The notes: generated by a model not told the origin, from the letters alone. 64,000 bases of DNA from Selaginella moellendorffii (GCF_000143415.4 NW_003314272.1:229173-293172); one strand, 5' to 3'. Positions 10,632-24,104 are shown, counted from the stretch's first letter. Program-made: numbers and translations.

Positions 10632-13284
10632 GAACCAGCAGTATCGACCTTCTGCCATCATGGCAGTAAGGAAAGAGTGCTCGTAAGGACTAGCCGACAA
10701 GTATCTTTTAATACCCGAAGTCACATTTGCGACACACACAATTCAGTCAAAAGCAAAACAAAAGTGACAACAATTTTACAAATGCCAATGGTTATATAAG
10801 GATTGTGCTAAGGTTCCAACCCAAGATGCATCAAGAAGGGCAACAGGCAGGTTAGTGTGGGGATAGAAAGCTTGGTGGCAGAAGACTTCAAGGAGTTTAG
10901 TGAACAAACATTTTACAAGATCATCAAAACAGTTTATTATAATTTGTTGATCTCATGCTTCTTGGTGGTGCCACAAGACCCTGTAAATAGTTAATGAATG
11001 AATGAAGTTATGTGAAGATCACTTTGGAGGCTATAATAGGCTTTCCAAGCTGTATCCACGTGATCAATTACCCCTGTATAAAACTAAATACATTGCTCTT
11101 TGCCATCAGTGTTAAACCTTAGCTTACTGTGGCCAAGGAGTTTTTGGTTTTGCTAGTGATTTCTTTATATACTTAACATCAGCCCTCACTTATCAATATT
11201 TTAGTTTGTGTAGTGCTTCCTTCCATTTCACATTTATCTATTTTACTAAGCAAGTCTTCAGGTTTTTTCAGAATTTGATCACCCAAATTTGGATGTTGAA
11301 CATATGCTAGATTCAAGGACTATATACACACCAACTGTACTGACACTGAATTAAACCATGGATTAAACTGTGCTCACCCAAAGCAGATTCTGTCACGAAT
11401 AGTTTGAATGTCAGGGCCAGATTGTTACATTATGATAAGTCAAGTGAACAAACATATGCTTATATTTATCCTGCTGTCCCATAAAAAAAGCTTTCGAGAG
11501 CCTTCCTCCATTCCATTCTCGTTATCATTGTTATCGCCTTCAGGAGCTTGATGTGTAGTATATGAGGAGTTGAGCACAGTTCGTGTTGGATTGAAGTATT
11601 CGTCTGGGCGCTTCTGTCTTTTATTCTATAGTCACGACAATTCAAGGTATTATAAATGAGTGTGAGCAATACGTATAGGAAGAGATTTATCCTTACTTGA
11701 GTCAGTTTTATTAATAATTCACAAGTACGAATCTGTTAGAAAAAGTGCTTTCTTGTGTCACCTAAATAATTTGTTGTGTGTTGCATGCAACAATGCTTGA
11801 TTTGCTTAATTGTAGTGTCTTTGAATAATCCAATTAATCAATAATTATAAACATGTTTATAATTTTTAAATCAAGATTAATCTTATTGCATATTAACCAT
11901 TAGATGGTAGAATAAAAAAGAATTTACTAGGAGGTGTTTAGGAAAATTATAAATTATAAACAAGATTAATCTAAATAAATAACAACCATCATATGGTAGA
12001 ATATTCTAAAATATTTAAATACATTTTAGGTATATCCACTATTATCTCTACAGGTTTTGTTTAAGCAAACCAAAAAGAATTAATCTCCAGGTATTCCTTT
12101 TCAAGATTACTACAGATCATATCTACAAACAAACTCAAACAAGCTAGATCAGATCTCTCACAATGTGAGACCAACTCCCATGTCTTTGCAATGACCAGGG
12201 AGCTAGTCCATGCGCCAGTGGCACGTGAGGAAGCCATGATCCTCTAGTTTCGTTCGTGCGTTTCTGGTATCGTAGCAACTAAGAACTTTTTCCTGTGGAA
12301 ATGAAACGGCTTGCATACTCTCAGTACAATAAAGGAAAGCATGAACAAGGCGTGCGCTAGCTTCAAATTTGTATTTATCCGTCAAAATCATTCTTTCCAT
12401 CAAACTTTTCGTCCCTTCACAGAGGAAATGGTTACAAGTTATTTGGTATTACACGTTCTTTAAAAGCTTCTAAATTGTCCAGTGTCTTTTATGGCTTTTG
12501 TGCTTCTACCGTTCTCTGAATGACAATCCTCATTCTCTGTTCGTCATATGAGAGATCTCTGGATTTCTACCGCGTGATTGTCGGAAGAGTCATTCTGATC
12601 CACTGTCCACAAGAGTAAAATTTTCTTAGCGATAGCAGAGATTGTGACTTACCAGCGTCAAAAAGACCAAAGTCCTCATCGTCAACGTGGCTTTGGCTTG
12701 AGGAAGTTTTTGTCCAAGGCTGTGAAATGCGAGCTGTGAAAGAAAATGGTCAGCACTAACTATAGGAAGTAATTACATTTGATATCTTGAGCTTGTCGGG
12801 CTATGAAGCTCCAAATTATTGTCGGTGCAAAAAGAGGCCCTTTATTCCAATCTAAATAGTGATAATAATCCCCAACGACTTCCAGCTTTTCCAGCATTGT
12901 TGATGTGAGCCTCCATATGAGGATTGCTGAACGTAGGAAAACGCAAAATAGACATACCTTGACAACGACAATAGCTGTTGTAGTGGTGAATATCGTCTCA
13001 CCATTAGATTTTGTTGGTAAATCACGCTTGCTCTGCAAAGCCAACCCGAACGCCATGACTCCTTGCAAGCCTATCAATAAAAACCATCAGCTCCGTACCG
13101 CTAAACCAAAGGGCCTTTTGATGCTTGAGAGGTATTTTCCTTGCAACTGGCCGAACACATAAAAGCTGTTGACAAAGGCAAGCGGATATTCTAATACATT
13201 TACCATGAATCCGACTTCGCTAAATCCAAGCCTGCAGCAAAGGCGTAGACGTGCAGCAGCACAGGAAAACTGATTCAATGTACC

Positions 13285-15497
13285 TCAACCAAGCCTGTTT
13301 GATCCAGGCCTTGCCACCAATCCGCTCGTGGACCAGCCGGCAGCTTGGAGCCCCTGTATCAGCTCGTTGAAACTTTGCTGCATGCTCTGGTACGAAAGTT
13401 TAAGTAGCTCGTCTTTAGAGAGGCTCTGTTGATTGTGAATATGTCTCAAGTATGAAGCTTGTACTACGGCTCTCAACATATCATGTGGCGACGCCGATTT
13501 CTTGAGTACGACCTGCACAGCGCAGTTCGCTTCTGCTGTTACAAACGGACACAACGTGTCTGCGATGTTACCTTAAAGCAATGACTGTCGTCATATGTTA
13601 AGAGGTACTCCTCTCCACTGTAAAGATCAAGCAACGCTTGAGCAGCTCCTCTGCTAGCCACTGCTTCGCCAAAACTGACTCCCAGTTTTAAGTTCTTCTC
13701 GATGTCAGCCGCGGCACATTTCGATTCGCACGAAATAGACAGCTATTGCCAACACACTTTGAGGTGAGCAAAAAGCGACCAACATGCGTACTAACCGGTG
13801 CTTTCTTGCTGGAAAAAAAGTCTGCGACCGTGAAAATGGGCTCCACGGAGTTTACGTCTCTTACGGATGGAATTCTCTGCGTCGTCAAATATTCTGCCAT
13901 GATAAGGCCTGCACAAAATGGCATCTTTTCAGTCTCAAGTAGGCTGGACGAGCACGCAAGCACCTGTTCTGTAAGGATTCAACGTGTGAAGCTGCACGGC
14001 TTGATAAGACTTGAGGTTGCACAAAACATGCACTGCTGTCACTGTACCAAAAGATAGTACTAGCAAAGGTCCGGATGATCCAACTTTGCTCGATATTCCA
14101 ATGCCCAAAGCAATTCCAAGCGACTTGCTCACCATTCCTTGAGCTTCACCTTTAGCAATAACCTGCGTACACGTGAGTTTAAACTACAACGGCAGCGCTT
14201 GTAAACTCAGACCTCTGCAAAGTTGTTTTGAGTTGCAAAACCAGCGTAGAAACAGCTCCTTGTTGCCGCCTGAATGGAAATTTTCGAAAGCTCTCCTTGT
14301 AACAACACTTAATTACCTGAATCAAACCAGCAGCGGACTTCCCAGCTCCAGCAACCGCGGTAAGAGGAACAAAGAGATGTGGAAACGTCGGAGTAAGCAG
14401 CTCCAAACCACATGCACCATCTTCAATCAAGTCCGATAATAACCTCCAACCCTTTGGATGGACGTCGAAGTGACGACCATACTTTGAGAGCACGATCTTA
14501 CTAAGGTATCCAATGCCGTCCTTGAGAACCCAATTGATTGCGGCTGCCGTGGGAATGGCACCTTTTCCTAGTCCAACTGCGTAAAGCAAAGCCTATACAG
14601 AAAAGAGATTTTGTTGTTCAATCGAAATCCTCCTGAAGGAACAAAAATTAAAAACCGAACCTGCGTAGTCAGGACTCCACTTATTTGGCTCGCTATGATC
14701 TGTCCCATCCTCCACAAAGTGTACTCCGTGTAGTCATCACTCACAGTCTTCGGGTATCCTATGGGAAGCATCGTTGTCTTGAGAGCATCCAAACACCAGC
14801 TGACAATCTCGTCAACTCCCAGCTTGCGAGATCTTCCCGTGCTCACGGCGCCAGCTTTGTCAGTTGAAGGAGAAGATTTGCCTTTGCTGTTCTTCTCTCT
14901 TTCCAGGCACTCCTGCTCGTAAGCCATGGCTTCGTCTTCGCTCATCTTCGTGACGTCCACAACCAGCGCCATGCTAGCCTCATCAACGATATATCTCGTC
15001 CATTTCCCATCCTTCACTTTCCAGATAGCATCGTCACTGATTCTACCAGCTTCATGCGTTAGAGCCTGACTGCTGCCATTACTACTGTGTACGAGAACGC
15101 AAACCCCCAGTGCCGCACAACACAAATATCTCAAGAGCTTGATCCAGTCCTTTGGATCCTTGCCACCATCGTTGTCACTACTATCCCCATCTCCTCCATT
15201 CCCAAAATTCTTAAACCCTCCATTACCGTCACCACCACTGAAATGCTCCAAATCGAGCGCAATCTCGATCTTCCTTCTCGACTCATCCCATCTGTTCTTC
15301 CCTATATTCCTACACGAGCTCCGGCCGTGACGATCCGGGGCATCGTGAAATGCCCGGAGCAAACCTCCGATCCCCCGCGTCTGCTGGTGCGCTACAGCTA
15401 GAATCTTACCAGCACGCCTCGGATTACGCGCGGACGAGCACCGATCGAGCCTCCTCCAGCCGGGCGCCTTGGCCGCGCCTACGCCACAAGAGAACAT
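13285..15497 (-). CDS. RUS1: ROOT UVB SENSITIVE 1 (DUF647), multi-exon, probable plastid transit peptide
   Basis: [22 protein letters not shown]|[42 protein letters not shown]; [12 protein letters not shown]; GT-AG introns such as 14660-14593. Confidence 0.92.
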
Positions 15498-15546
15498 TTG
15501 CTAAGAACCCTAAAAAAATGAACTAGATTGATTTGTTCCGAGCTCT

Positions 15547-16014
15547 TTAGCTCGTAGCATACATATCGAGGAGCTCATTGAGAGCTTCTCCGTGGAGCTC
15601 GGCTGGATCATAGTTCTCCAGCGTCCACAGGAGATGCTCAAACATGACAACCTCGCAAGAGATTCTCACCAGCGCGTCCTCCTCCTCCTCCTCCTCGAGA
15701 TTGCTCGCCGCGGATTTTTGGACGAAGGATTTAAACAGTGGATGCTTCAAGTGGCGCGCTTCCACCACGTATCGTCTCGCTTCCTTGCCCACGTAAACCA
15801 CGAACGCGTCTTCTGGAGCTCTTGCCTCCTCTTTTGCGATGATCTTGGATGCTCGCTGCGGCTGCTGCTTGTGATCAAACTCCTCCAGATCGCTCGCGCA
15901 AGTTGATAGCGGCGACGCCGACTCCAATGAAGCATACGATCGCCCCGATCGCTTGAGCTTCTTCTGCCACTTATCCACGATTCTCTTCACCTTGCTGCTC
16001 GCGCTCCCAGCCAT
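15547..16014 (-). CDS. SAUR (small auxin-up RNA) family protein
   Basis: PEDAFVVYVGKEARRYVV..HLKHPLF..ISCEVVMFEHLLW; intronless; ATG at 16014. Confidence 0.9.
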   Translation of the reverse strand: MAGSASSKVKRIVDKWQKKLKRSGRSYASLESASPLSTCASDLEEFDHKQQPQRASKIIAKEEARAPEDAFVVYVGKEARRYVVEARHLKHPLFKSFVQKSAASNLEEEEEEDALVRISCEVVMFEHLLWTLENYDPAELHGEALNELLDMYATS

Positions 16015-17041
16015 GAATCTCTCGACGGCGCTTAGATACGCAACATATAGATGAGGAAAACACCAACACAAACTGGGGAAAAGATGGATTTTGGGAGAGT
16101 AGCTTGCTTGCTAAGAAGAAGCTATGGCGGCCATGGATTGCATCAGAGCTTCCTTCATCTTGGAAAGGATGAGTGTTTGTTCGCCGCGTTTTAATGCGGA
16201 GAATGCGAGTTGCGACAGATGAAGACACAAACGGAGTTAATACCAACGGGTTTGTATAAAGGTTGTATCAAAGATGATGTGTAACCGTCCCTCGTCCGCC
16301 ATAGCCAGAGAGCAAACAAACAAACGAAGAAGAGAGAAAAAAAAAAGGGTGGCTTTTCTGGTCGCGTTCTCGTCCAGGGCTGTCAATGGAGCCCCTAGCT
16401 GTCAATGCTGCGACCGCTGCGACTTACGTATTTTTTGCGTTAGCTGGCTGGCCACTCCGACAGCCGTCTTGTTTCGCTGTTTTTTTCGCTGTTTTTTGCG
16501 AGATCAATCAATCAAGACCAAATCTCTGTCCAGGAAAGCTTGATTCTCCTCTCTTTCTTTTTGCTTCCTCGTGGTTCTAGAGATCATCTCTGGACGGAAT
16601 GCTCGAAGATGCGGCCGTAAGATTGCGAGAAAGCATCAAAAGTTTAGTTTTTGCGAGCGATGGTGATCGACGAGGAGATCCTTTCGAGCCTGGCATGATA
16701 TCTCTGCTCAAACAGCCAATTGCTGCAATGGATGTGTGGTTGTGGACGCCAATCGGGGTGCGTGAAGAGCAGGAAATCCAGTCGCTTTCGACACTTTCGC
16801 TTGCTTTTTATTCCAACTTGTAGTACGCGGATGAGTACGAAATTACGTTTCTACTCAGATAAGCAAGTTACGGGGTTACAGTTTGAGTATCGTGATTATA
16901 GTTTGATTTTCTTCACAAGGACGAACGATTTACAAAAACCCAGCAGACCCACTAGCCGATCTACTCGATCTTGGTGCTGCTGGCTTGGATCCATCTCCTG
17001 TGGAGTAGAGGGCTTCCTCTAAAACCTATATTAGAGAGCTT

Positions 17042-17464
17042 CTAGTCCCTGTTGTAAAACTCCACAAGGTCGTGGATCTGCTCGAGCTTCGCGCACACGG
17101 GGTCTTTCGTGTCCAGCAGCCATAGAAAATGCTCAAACAAAACAGCCTCGCAGGGAATTTGGAGAGCTCCGCTGTGACGAAATCCATACTCGTCGGCGGC
17201 CTTTTGGAGCAAGGCCCTGAAAATGGGATGCGTGAGGTGCTTTGTGCTCACGATGAACCTCTTGCTTCCAGCGTAAGCTGCAAAGAATCCCTTTGGAACA
17301 TCCGGTGGCGGTTGATTTGTTCTAGAGACGCTTTCTTCGTCACTGTCTAAGTCGCTCATTTGCCACGAAGGCATCCTTTGCATGCTCGAAACACTTGAGC
17401 TCGACCGTGACGAGCTTCCGGGAGATGGAGAGCTTTTGAGAGCAGCTAAAAATTTTTTGTGCAT
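17042..17464 (-). CDS. SAUR family protein
   Basis: DVPKGFFAAYAGSKRFIV..HLTHPIFRALLQKAADEYGF..IPCEAVLFEH; ATG at 17464. Confidence 0.93.
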   Translation of the reverse strand: MHKKFLAALKSSPSPGSSSRSSSSVSSMQRMPSWQMSDLDSDEESVSRTNQPPPDVPKGFFAAYAGSKRFIVSTKHLTHPIFRALLQKAADEYGFRHSGALQIPCEAVLFEHFLWLLDTKDPVCAKLEQIHDLVEFYNRD

Positions 17465-17564
17465 GCTACTAGCAAGGAATGATTGACTCAAAGCACACTA
17501 GAGAAAGAGAACCGAGGAAAAAACCGAGAAACTGGGAGTTGTGGCTCCTTGTTCACAACCAAGC

Positions 17565-19730
17565 TTTATAGCGTGGGAGATCGAACGTAAAGAACTGGAG
17601 AAAAAACTCTTTTTTCTTTCGTTTTCCATTCCTTTTCACTTGATTATTAAAGGGTGAGCGATGCGTTCCAACTGCTGGAGCTCTCTCCAGGTGGGAAGTG
17701 TGGCTCTTTCATTTCAATCGTTGCAGTTATGGTCCTGTGCGTTGTCTCGCCTAGTAACAGGAACTTGCTGGAAATCCTAGGGACAACTCTCGTGTCACCC
17801 AACCTGGGCCTCCTTGTCGGATCCTCAAAAAACTGCTGGTTCTTATTTCTTTTTACGCTAGGAAGGTTTGTGTCGCTGCAAAGCGGCTCCGCGATCTATA
17901 GACGGGAGCTCATTGGTTTGCTGGGCGATTTCCTTTCCATTCAAGTTGGTGTTTGGCTTTGAGGAACTAAATCGAATGTCGGTGTTTGCATTAGATGGTA
18001 GAGAGATGCATTCACTCAAGAGGCACTGTGCGCGCGCTTTATAAAAGTAATCACAATGAAGAAAAACCGGCCAAAATACTGGAGAACATGAACCTGATAT
18101 CAGCGAGTGTCAACTCAAGTCGCAAGGACTGTGCAGGAGGTCTGTATTCAAGCCTCCTCTTGCTTTTTTGCTTCTCTCTTTTTCCTCCAGTGTGTTCCTT
18201 TCGCCATTAAGTCGTGCTGTCTAACGTGCAGGGGTTGTGATCCTCCAGCTCCAAGCTCCAGCGAAGAAGCTGGCCGGACTGGATAGGGAACCTCGCTGAA
18301 TCCGGATAAAACGATTCAAAGCTTGTCATGCAACGTTCCGGACAATCGAAGAACCAAAGCCAAGCTCCGGCAATTATAAGAATCATTGCACATGAAAGAG
18401 ATTGGTGGGTAGCCAACACGCTCTGGCCAACTTAACTTGGTAGCTGAATCTTCACACTAGAGAGAAAAAGGAAAAAAGAGAGGAAGAAACAATGGGGTGG
18501 TACAAATTGTACCTCTACACGCTTTGTCCTGGGATCAGAAGCTCATAACTCCAGTGGTTCCAGCGCGAATGCGACGACGACGACGAGACAACGAGATTAA
18601 TCGTTCTCCAGAGATGTTGTGAATTAAAATTGCGGTGTTCTTGCTCGGGGAGCCCTCGCGGGAGCTTCTTTCTTACCGCATTTGCTGTTGTTCTGTTCAT
18701 CGGGTCATTGCAGAGAGGGGACCGCAAACTTAAGTGTGGCATGTGACTTTGATGAAAGAGGTGTGCGCGACAGTGAGGTATGATCCAATCTTTTCAAAGT
18801 TGGAGCTCGATTAGAACAGGCAGAAGAACTAAAAAAACGATTCTGATCGGTTTTTTGCTTGCCAAGAGTTTCTTTTGGCTGGTTGAGGAACAGAACTTGT
18901 GGAGGAGAAAAGGAGAGAAAAGCTTGTTTACTGGTTGCTTGCATGGGGCGCTACTCTTGAGGAGCTCTGGGGAGAGGTTTTGTTGCTGCCGAGGTATTGT
19001 CTCCCCCCGAAACAACGCTGACAAATCCAATCAGGAATGTCAAGCTAAAAAAATGGTTTGTGGAGGAACCAAAAAAATATGATTTTCAAGTTGCGGGGAC
19101 CATGATCACTAATTTCAGCTGGTACCCTTGCAGGCTTACAGCTGCTGCTGATGATAGCTAGGCTAATGGTTCCAGCCGAAAAAAAGGAGAAAAAGAAAAA
19201 AGAACGATTTTTTTTCTTAAAAGATAGAGTACCGGCGATGTTCCGATCGTCCTTTCCTTGATCATCGACCTTCGACGGAACAATTAGGTACTAAGTACTG
19301 CATTCAATGCTGTTTTTCCTTTCGTTTTCATAGAGCTTTTCCGATTGACTCTGGAAGTGAGATCTTTGGAAGGTTCATTTTGAGATCTTTGAAAACTTAA
19401 GAGCGGGAGGACCACACCGCAAGAAACCCAGGACCACTGGATGACAATGCTCAAGAGCTCCTGGAGGAATTCATCGCGAGCAGAGAGGAAAGCAAGAGAT
19501 AGATATGTATACTTTATGCAAGCTCAAGGACTGATTTTTTTTTTTTCCTTTTGTATTTTTTCCGCTCTCACAAAATTGTCATGAATCATGCTGATCTGCA
19601 TGTCTGGTAGGGAGCACAAGTTGTTCCAGCCGAGTAGTAGATCCCTCCGTCACGATCTTCCCCGTCATCTTGACGCGATTTATCTCCGGCGTAGCGGAGA
19701 AATGTGACTCTGCGGATCCTGCTATAAAAG
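17565..19730. promoter_or_regulatory. Divergent SAUR promoter region with TATA boxes and AuxRE-like cores
   Basis: GCTATAAA on - at 17565-17572 and on + at 19721; TGTCTC at 17743 and 18998, GAGACA at 18585, TGTCGG at 17815 and 17977. Confidence 0.5.
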
Positions 19731-19900
19731 TTCAGGGTCTTTGCAGGCTGAAATCAAGCATCAGCAGTGAGCTTTCTTTTGATCTTCCGCTTTGGAAGCT
19801 TTCAGCGTTTTTTTCCACCTCGCGGAAGAAAGATCAAGAAGAAAGAAAAGTTTCTCCACTTTGAAACGAGAAAAGTTTTGGAAGGAAGAACACACTGTCA

Positions 19901-20302
19901 ATGGCAAAACTTGTATCGATCCTCAGAAAGGCGCTCCCATCGAGCAAGCTACCAAGGAGCTACAGCAGCAATGGCTCCTCGAGCGGATTCTCCAGCGACA
20001 GTAGCAGTGACTGCGAAGGCAGCCTCAACTTTGCTCCTCCGAATGTCCCGCAGGGAAGCTTTGCAGTGTATGCCGGCGAGGAGAGGCACCGGTTCTTGGT
20101 TAGAATGGAGCACCTCAATCACCCCCTCTTCAGAGCGCTCCTGGAGAAAGCTGCCGAGGAGTACGGCTTTGATCATGCGGGAGCTCTCAGCATTCCGTGC
20201 GAGGCTGTTCTGTTCGAGCACGTACTTTGGCTGCTCAACAACAATGACGCTCAAGCCAGGCATCTGGAGCTCGACGAGCTTCTCCAATTCTACTCGTCTT
20301 GA
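19901..20302 (+). CDS. SAUR family protein
   Basis: NVPQGSFAVYAGEERHRFLV..HLNHPLFRALLEKAAEEYGF..IPCEAVLFEH. Confidence 0.95.
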   Translation: MAKLVSILRKALPSSKLPRSYSSNGSSSGFSSDSSSDCEGSLNFAPPNVPQGSFAVYAGEERHRFLVRMEHLNHPLFRALLEKAAEEYGFDHAGALSIPCEAVLFEHVLWLLNNNDAQARHLELDELLQFYSS

Positions 20303-20620
20303 TCATCATCGATCGAAAGGGAGAAAAATCAGAAAAGTGGAAGAGTTTAGAAGGGCGAGCTTGTTGGTCGATCTGATTCAAAGCTTGTTTGGATCGATCG
20401 ATTCTCGCGGAGGAGTTCTTCTCCTTTTTTTCGATTAAAATATAGTTAGCTAGTCCATCTTCTTCGTCTCCTCTAGACAGTGACAAGTTCTTCGTCTAGA
20501 TCGTGCTGACGTACAAAGTTTGCTCCGGGTAAATTCCGGATAGATTCCTTGTAATATGGGGACGACAGGAGATCCAACGGTGCATTTCCATCGATTCTTA
20601 TTTTAGGGCAGTGTTGCGCG

Positions 20621-22537
20621 ATGATGCGCGTCGCGGATGGAGCAGCGGGAGCGCCGCCTCCGCCGCTCGACTACGCGCAGCTCTTCTCCTTCCAGATCGC
20701 ATTTCGCGACGGCGGCAGCGGCGGCGGCAAGGTGAGAAGGAGATTGTCACGTGATTGATTGCAATGATCGCTGCGAGATGAAACGATCTGGTATTGCAGG
20801 AGTGGGAGAAGGCGATCTTGGAAGTAAATTTTGCGGTGCGTACATTCATCTTGCTGGATAGGGAGCGCGTCGTCGTGGTTGGTTCTTTTCTTCTTCGTGC
20901 TCTCTTCAGTGGAGATTTTTTGGTCCGAGCGAACACACTTATCATTTCAGACCTTTTCAGGCACGGCCGTTTGACTCGTACACGCGATGCGCGTTCGATA
21001 AAGATGTCGAGGATCCTTTCGTGTCGCTTTTCTTTGGGTTAGTCCATGCAAACATCAAATTTCTTTGGTTTTGTTGGTGTTAGTGGCCAATCTTAAAATC
21101 GCCCAGCTTGGCAGTTTACTTGAGTTAGAGCTCAACGTCCAGAACAGCGCCGAGAAGGAATGCATGCTACATCTTCTGCAGGTATCAATGCAGCAAGTAA
21201 GCTTTAGCGTCACTTACCGGGCTTTTGCAGTGTATCGCGAAAAATATGACTGCAGTAGAAGCTGTGCGTCAAGGCATTAGTATTGTCGGCCTGGTAAGAG
21301 ACTTGGAGAAAATGAAATTCCTCTCGTAAGCGTGTCGTACTTCTCGCAGGACAAAAGGATACTCAAATATGGAATCATTTTGCGCAAAGCAAAAGCTAAG
21401 CGGAGGAGGACAGAACGCTTTCTGGTGGTTGTACCTGGAAAGCTTCTTATGTTTGCCGTAAGTGGTTGCTTTAGGCGCGAACGATTTCTCTAACATGGCA
21501 CGTATTTGCAGGGAACAAACATACTTGGTCGACATGTGCGATCTGTGACCTCTCTTTTCCGCGCGAACGTCAAGGTAAGAAGCACGCCTAGACTGTTTGC
21601 TCTTTACTCACTCAATTTTTGTTCGTGATGACCCAGATGTCATTTAATCAGCTGGAGTTTCAAATCATAGCACATCACTCTAAAGAGGTACGCGCAATGC
21701 GCTGCAACTTTAAAAATCTAATGTTATTCTTTTGAACAGAAAGAGATGAGTTCCTGGATAACGGCTCTTGAGGAGTCAATCGAGCGTGCTGATCAAGTAC
21801 GTAGAGCACCATGCATGAAGCCGGAAGTAGAAAGCAGCAAAACATTGTCCGTGTCCGAGGAGGAAGATCGTAAACGAGCACGAAGGCCGCTCCGTCCGCG
21901 TTATAGTGATCAACTCACGGGGACTTCTAACGAGACACAGGGCCTCGACGAACCACGAGTTTCAGTCCGTCAGTTCGAGGATGAAGGAAGAACAGGCTAT
22001 TGGCGTCGCTGTGACAACGCCTTTGAAGAGGGCCACAGAAGAGTATCACTTTCCAGAGAACGCTTGAAAGCGGCAATTGAAGACATGTCAGATATGATCG
22101 GTCGACTGAACGTTAGAAAACGGCAAAGCTTTCCTCAGCCCTGTCTACCTGAGAATTATGTCAGACTATCGGAGGCCTATCGTCATCGCGAACACCGTCC
22201 AAGACGGCAGCAGCAAACAGACTCTTCGTCGGAGAATTTCTACACAAATGCTGTTCGCAGAGCTGCTGAGGAGTCCAGGTTTAGGGGAATCTGCAACAGC
22301 AGCAGTAGGCACCGACGCAGAAGAAGGAAAGAAGCCGAGAGATACTATAGAAACTGCTGGGATGATCCTGTTGCCGGTGGCGCGGTTGCTCGACTCGACA
22401 AAGATGGGAGCCTTGGAAACAGGAACAATATTGAAGCGTTCAGGGAGTCGTGGAAACAGCAACCGGCATCATCAATGATCGAACTCCCGGAGCGGAGGAG
22501 AAGCTTGGCTCCTTTCATCTCGAGGAAAGTCTATTAG
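20621..22537 (+). CDS. Multi-exon protein with probable tandem PH-like domains and a disordered, charged C-terminus
   Basis: Phase-consistent GT-AG exons 20621-20731, 20800-about 21037 (one uncertain intron), 21084-21181, 21231-21293, 21350-21457, 21512-21574, 21637-21687, 21740-22537; ILKYGIILRK..RFLVVVPGKLLMF..EMSSWITALEESI. Confidence 0.6.
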
Positions 22538-22780
22538 CACTCGTATTTTTTTCGGGGGGTACAGGACCAGCACTGTAAAGGGCGTCATCAATAAACTGGA
22601 TCAATTGGGAAAAGTCCAACCGAACGAGTCCAAAGTGTGAAGCTGCTACTGAAGTTTCGTTGAAGCAACAGGCTCAGATCCGGAAAAAACTTTTTTTCTA
22701 TCACGTCAATTCGGAGTCGACTTTCGGAAGTATATAAATCGCTGGGATGGGGAGGGTGCTGGGTCTAGTTTTGTGGCTTA

Positions 22781-24011
22781 ATGGCGAGCACAGGCAACAG
22801 AGCTATACTACACAAGGTTGATCCAAATTATACGGGGATTGGAAAACTGGAACTGGCTAGCAGGCCGATTCCCGAGGCGCTTCCAGGCAAGGTTGTTATC
22901 CACCTTCTTTTGAGGCCCATCAATCCGACGGATCTTACTTCCCCTCTAAGTCGCCATGGCCGTCCTGTTTCCACGCCAGGCTCGGAAGGATACGGGATAG
23001 TTCATGCTGTAAGTTCGCGAACAATTTTTGCTGTTTTTGTTTGCTGACTTTGAGAGCTTCCAGATTGGAGATGGAGTTACCAAAGTGAAGCCGGGGCAGA
23101 GGGTGGTGCCGTTTGTATGGGAGTCAGCGATTGAGAGCGGTGATGGTTCGTGGCAAGAGTATGTTTGTGTGAGAGAAAGCATGCTCACTTTGGTGCCGGA
23201 CTCCGTCTCCGACGAGGTGGCAGCGCAGTTTGTCCTGAATCCGTGGACTGCTGTTGGTTTGATGAGAGACCTTCATGTCCCCGAGGGCGATTTTATGCTG
23301 CAAACAGCTGCCGGTTCCATGCTTGGAAGGTAAAGTCTTGAAAGTTCTTCTAGTTTTCCTAATTTATCTCTTTGATTACAGGCTTGTGATCCAGCTAGCC
23401 AAGCACAAGGGGATCAAGACAATCAATGTTGTCCGACGGGAAGAGCAGAAAGAAGAGCTCAAGGCACTCGGGGCCGACGAAGTGATTTGTTCTACAACCG
23501 AAGGTAATCTCTTGTCATCCGTTTGCATTCTTCTAGATTTTAACGTGTTTGTTTTGACAGATGTTGTTGCGAGAGTCAAGGAGATTACAAGTAATAAGCT
23601 CGTGTATGGAGCTTTGGATTGCGTTGGTGGAGACATGACCAAGGTACTTTCTTTCTCCCTTTCTTACTGGGCATTCAAGTAAATGTGTGCTTCTGGTTTT
23701 AGATTGTGACAGGATGCGTGAGAAGAAAAGGAACGGTGTTTCTGTATGGCGTTCTCTCCGGCACGGAAGCCACCATAAACATCTATGATCTGCTCCGGCA
23801 AGTGGAGATCAAAGGCTGGCTCGTGATGAATTACTGGGACTCTGTGGAGCACAGAGACGCTTTCATCAGCGAGGCGTGGAGGCTTTTCGAAGCGAAGGTC
23901 TTTCAGCTCTCGCCGTGCAAGAGATACGAGCTCTCGGACGTCGAGGAGGCCCTCAAAGGCGTGGGAAAAGGCGGTGGAGGTACCAAAGTACTTCTAGAAA
24001 CCAAACTTTGA
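22781..24011 (+). CDS. Medium-chain dehydrogenase/reductase, 2-enoyl thioester reductase/quinone oxidoreductase-like (zinc-independent)
   Basis: RPINPTDL, PGSEGYG, NPWTAVGLM, QTAAGSMLGR, ALDCVGG; 5 exons; TATA at about 22731. Confidence 0.88.
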
Positions 24012-24104
24012 GAAAACGTTTTGCTCGTATGATCTGTGCCTTGGAATAAAGAATTTTTCACTGTTGTGTGTTCTAAAGCTGTGTATTAACAAGAGATAGT
24101 GAGA

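Noticed and set aside
12200-13280. Short ORFs and splice-like sites downstream of RUS1
   Set aside because: No coherent exon chain or recognisable domain.
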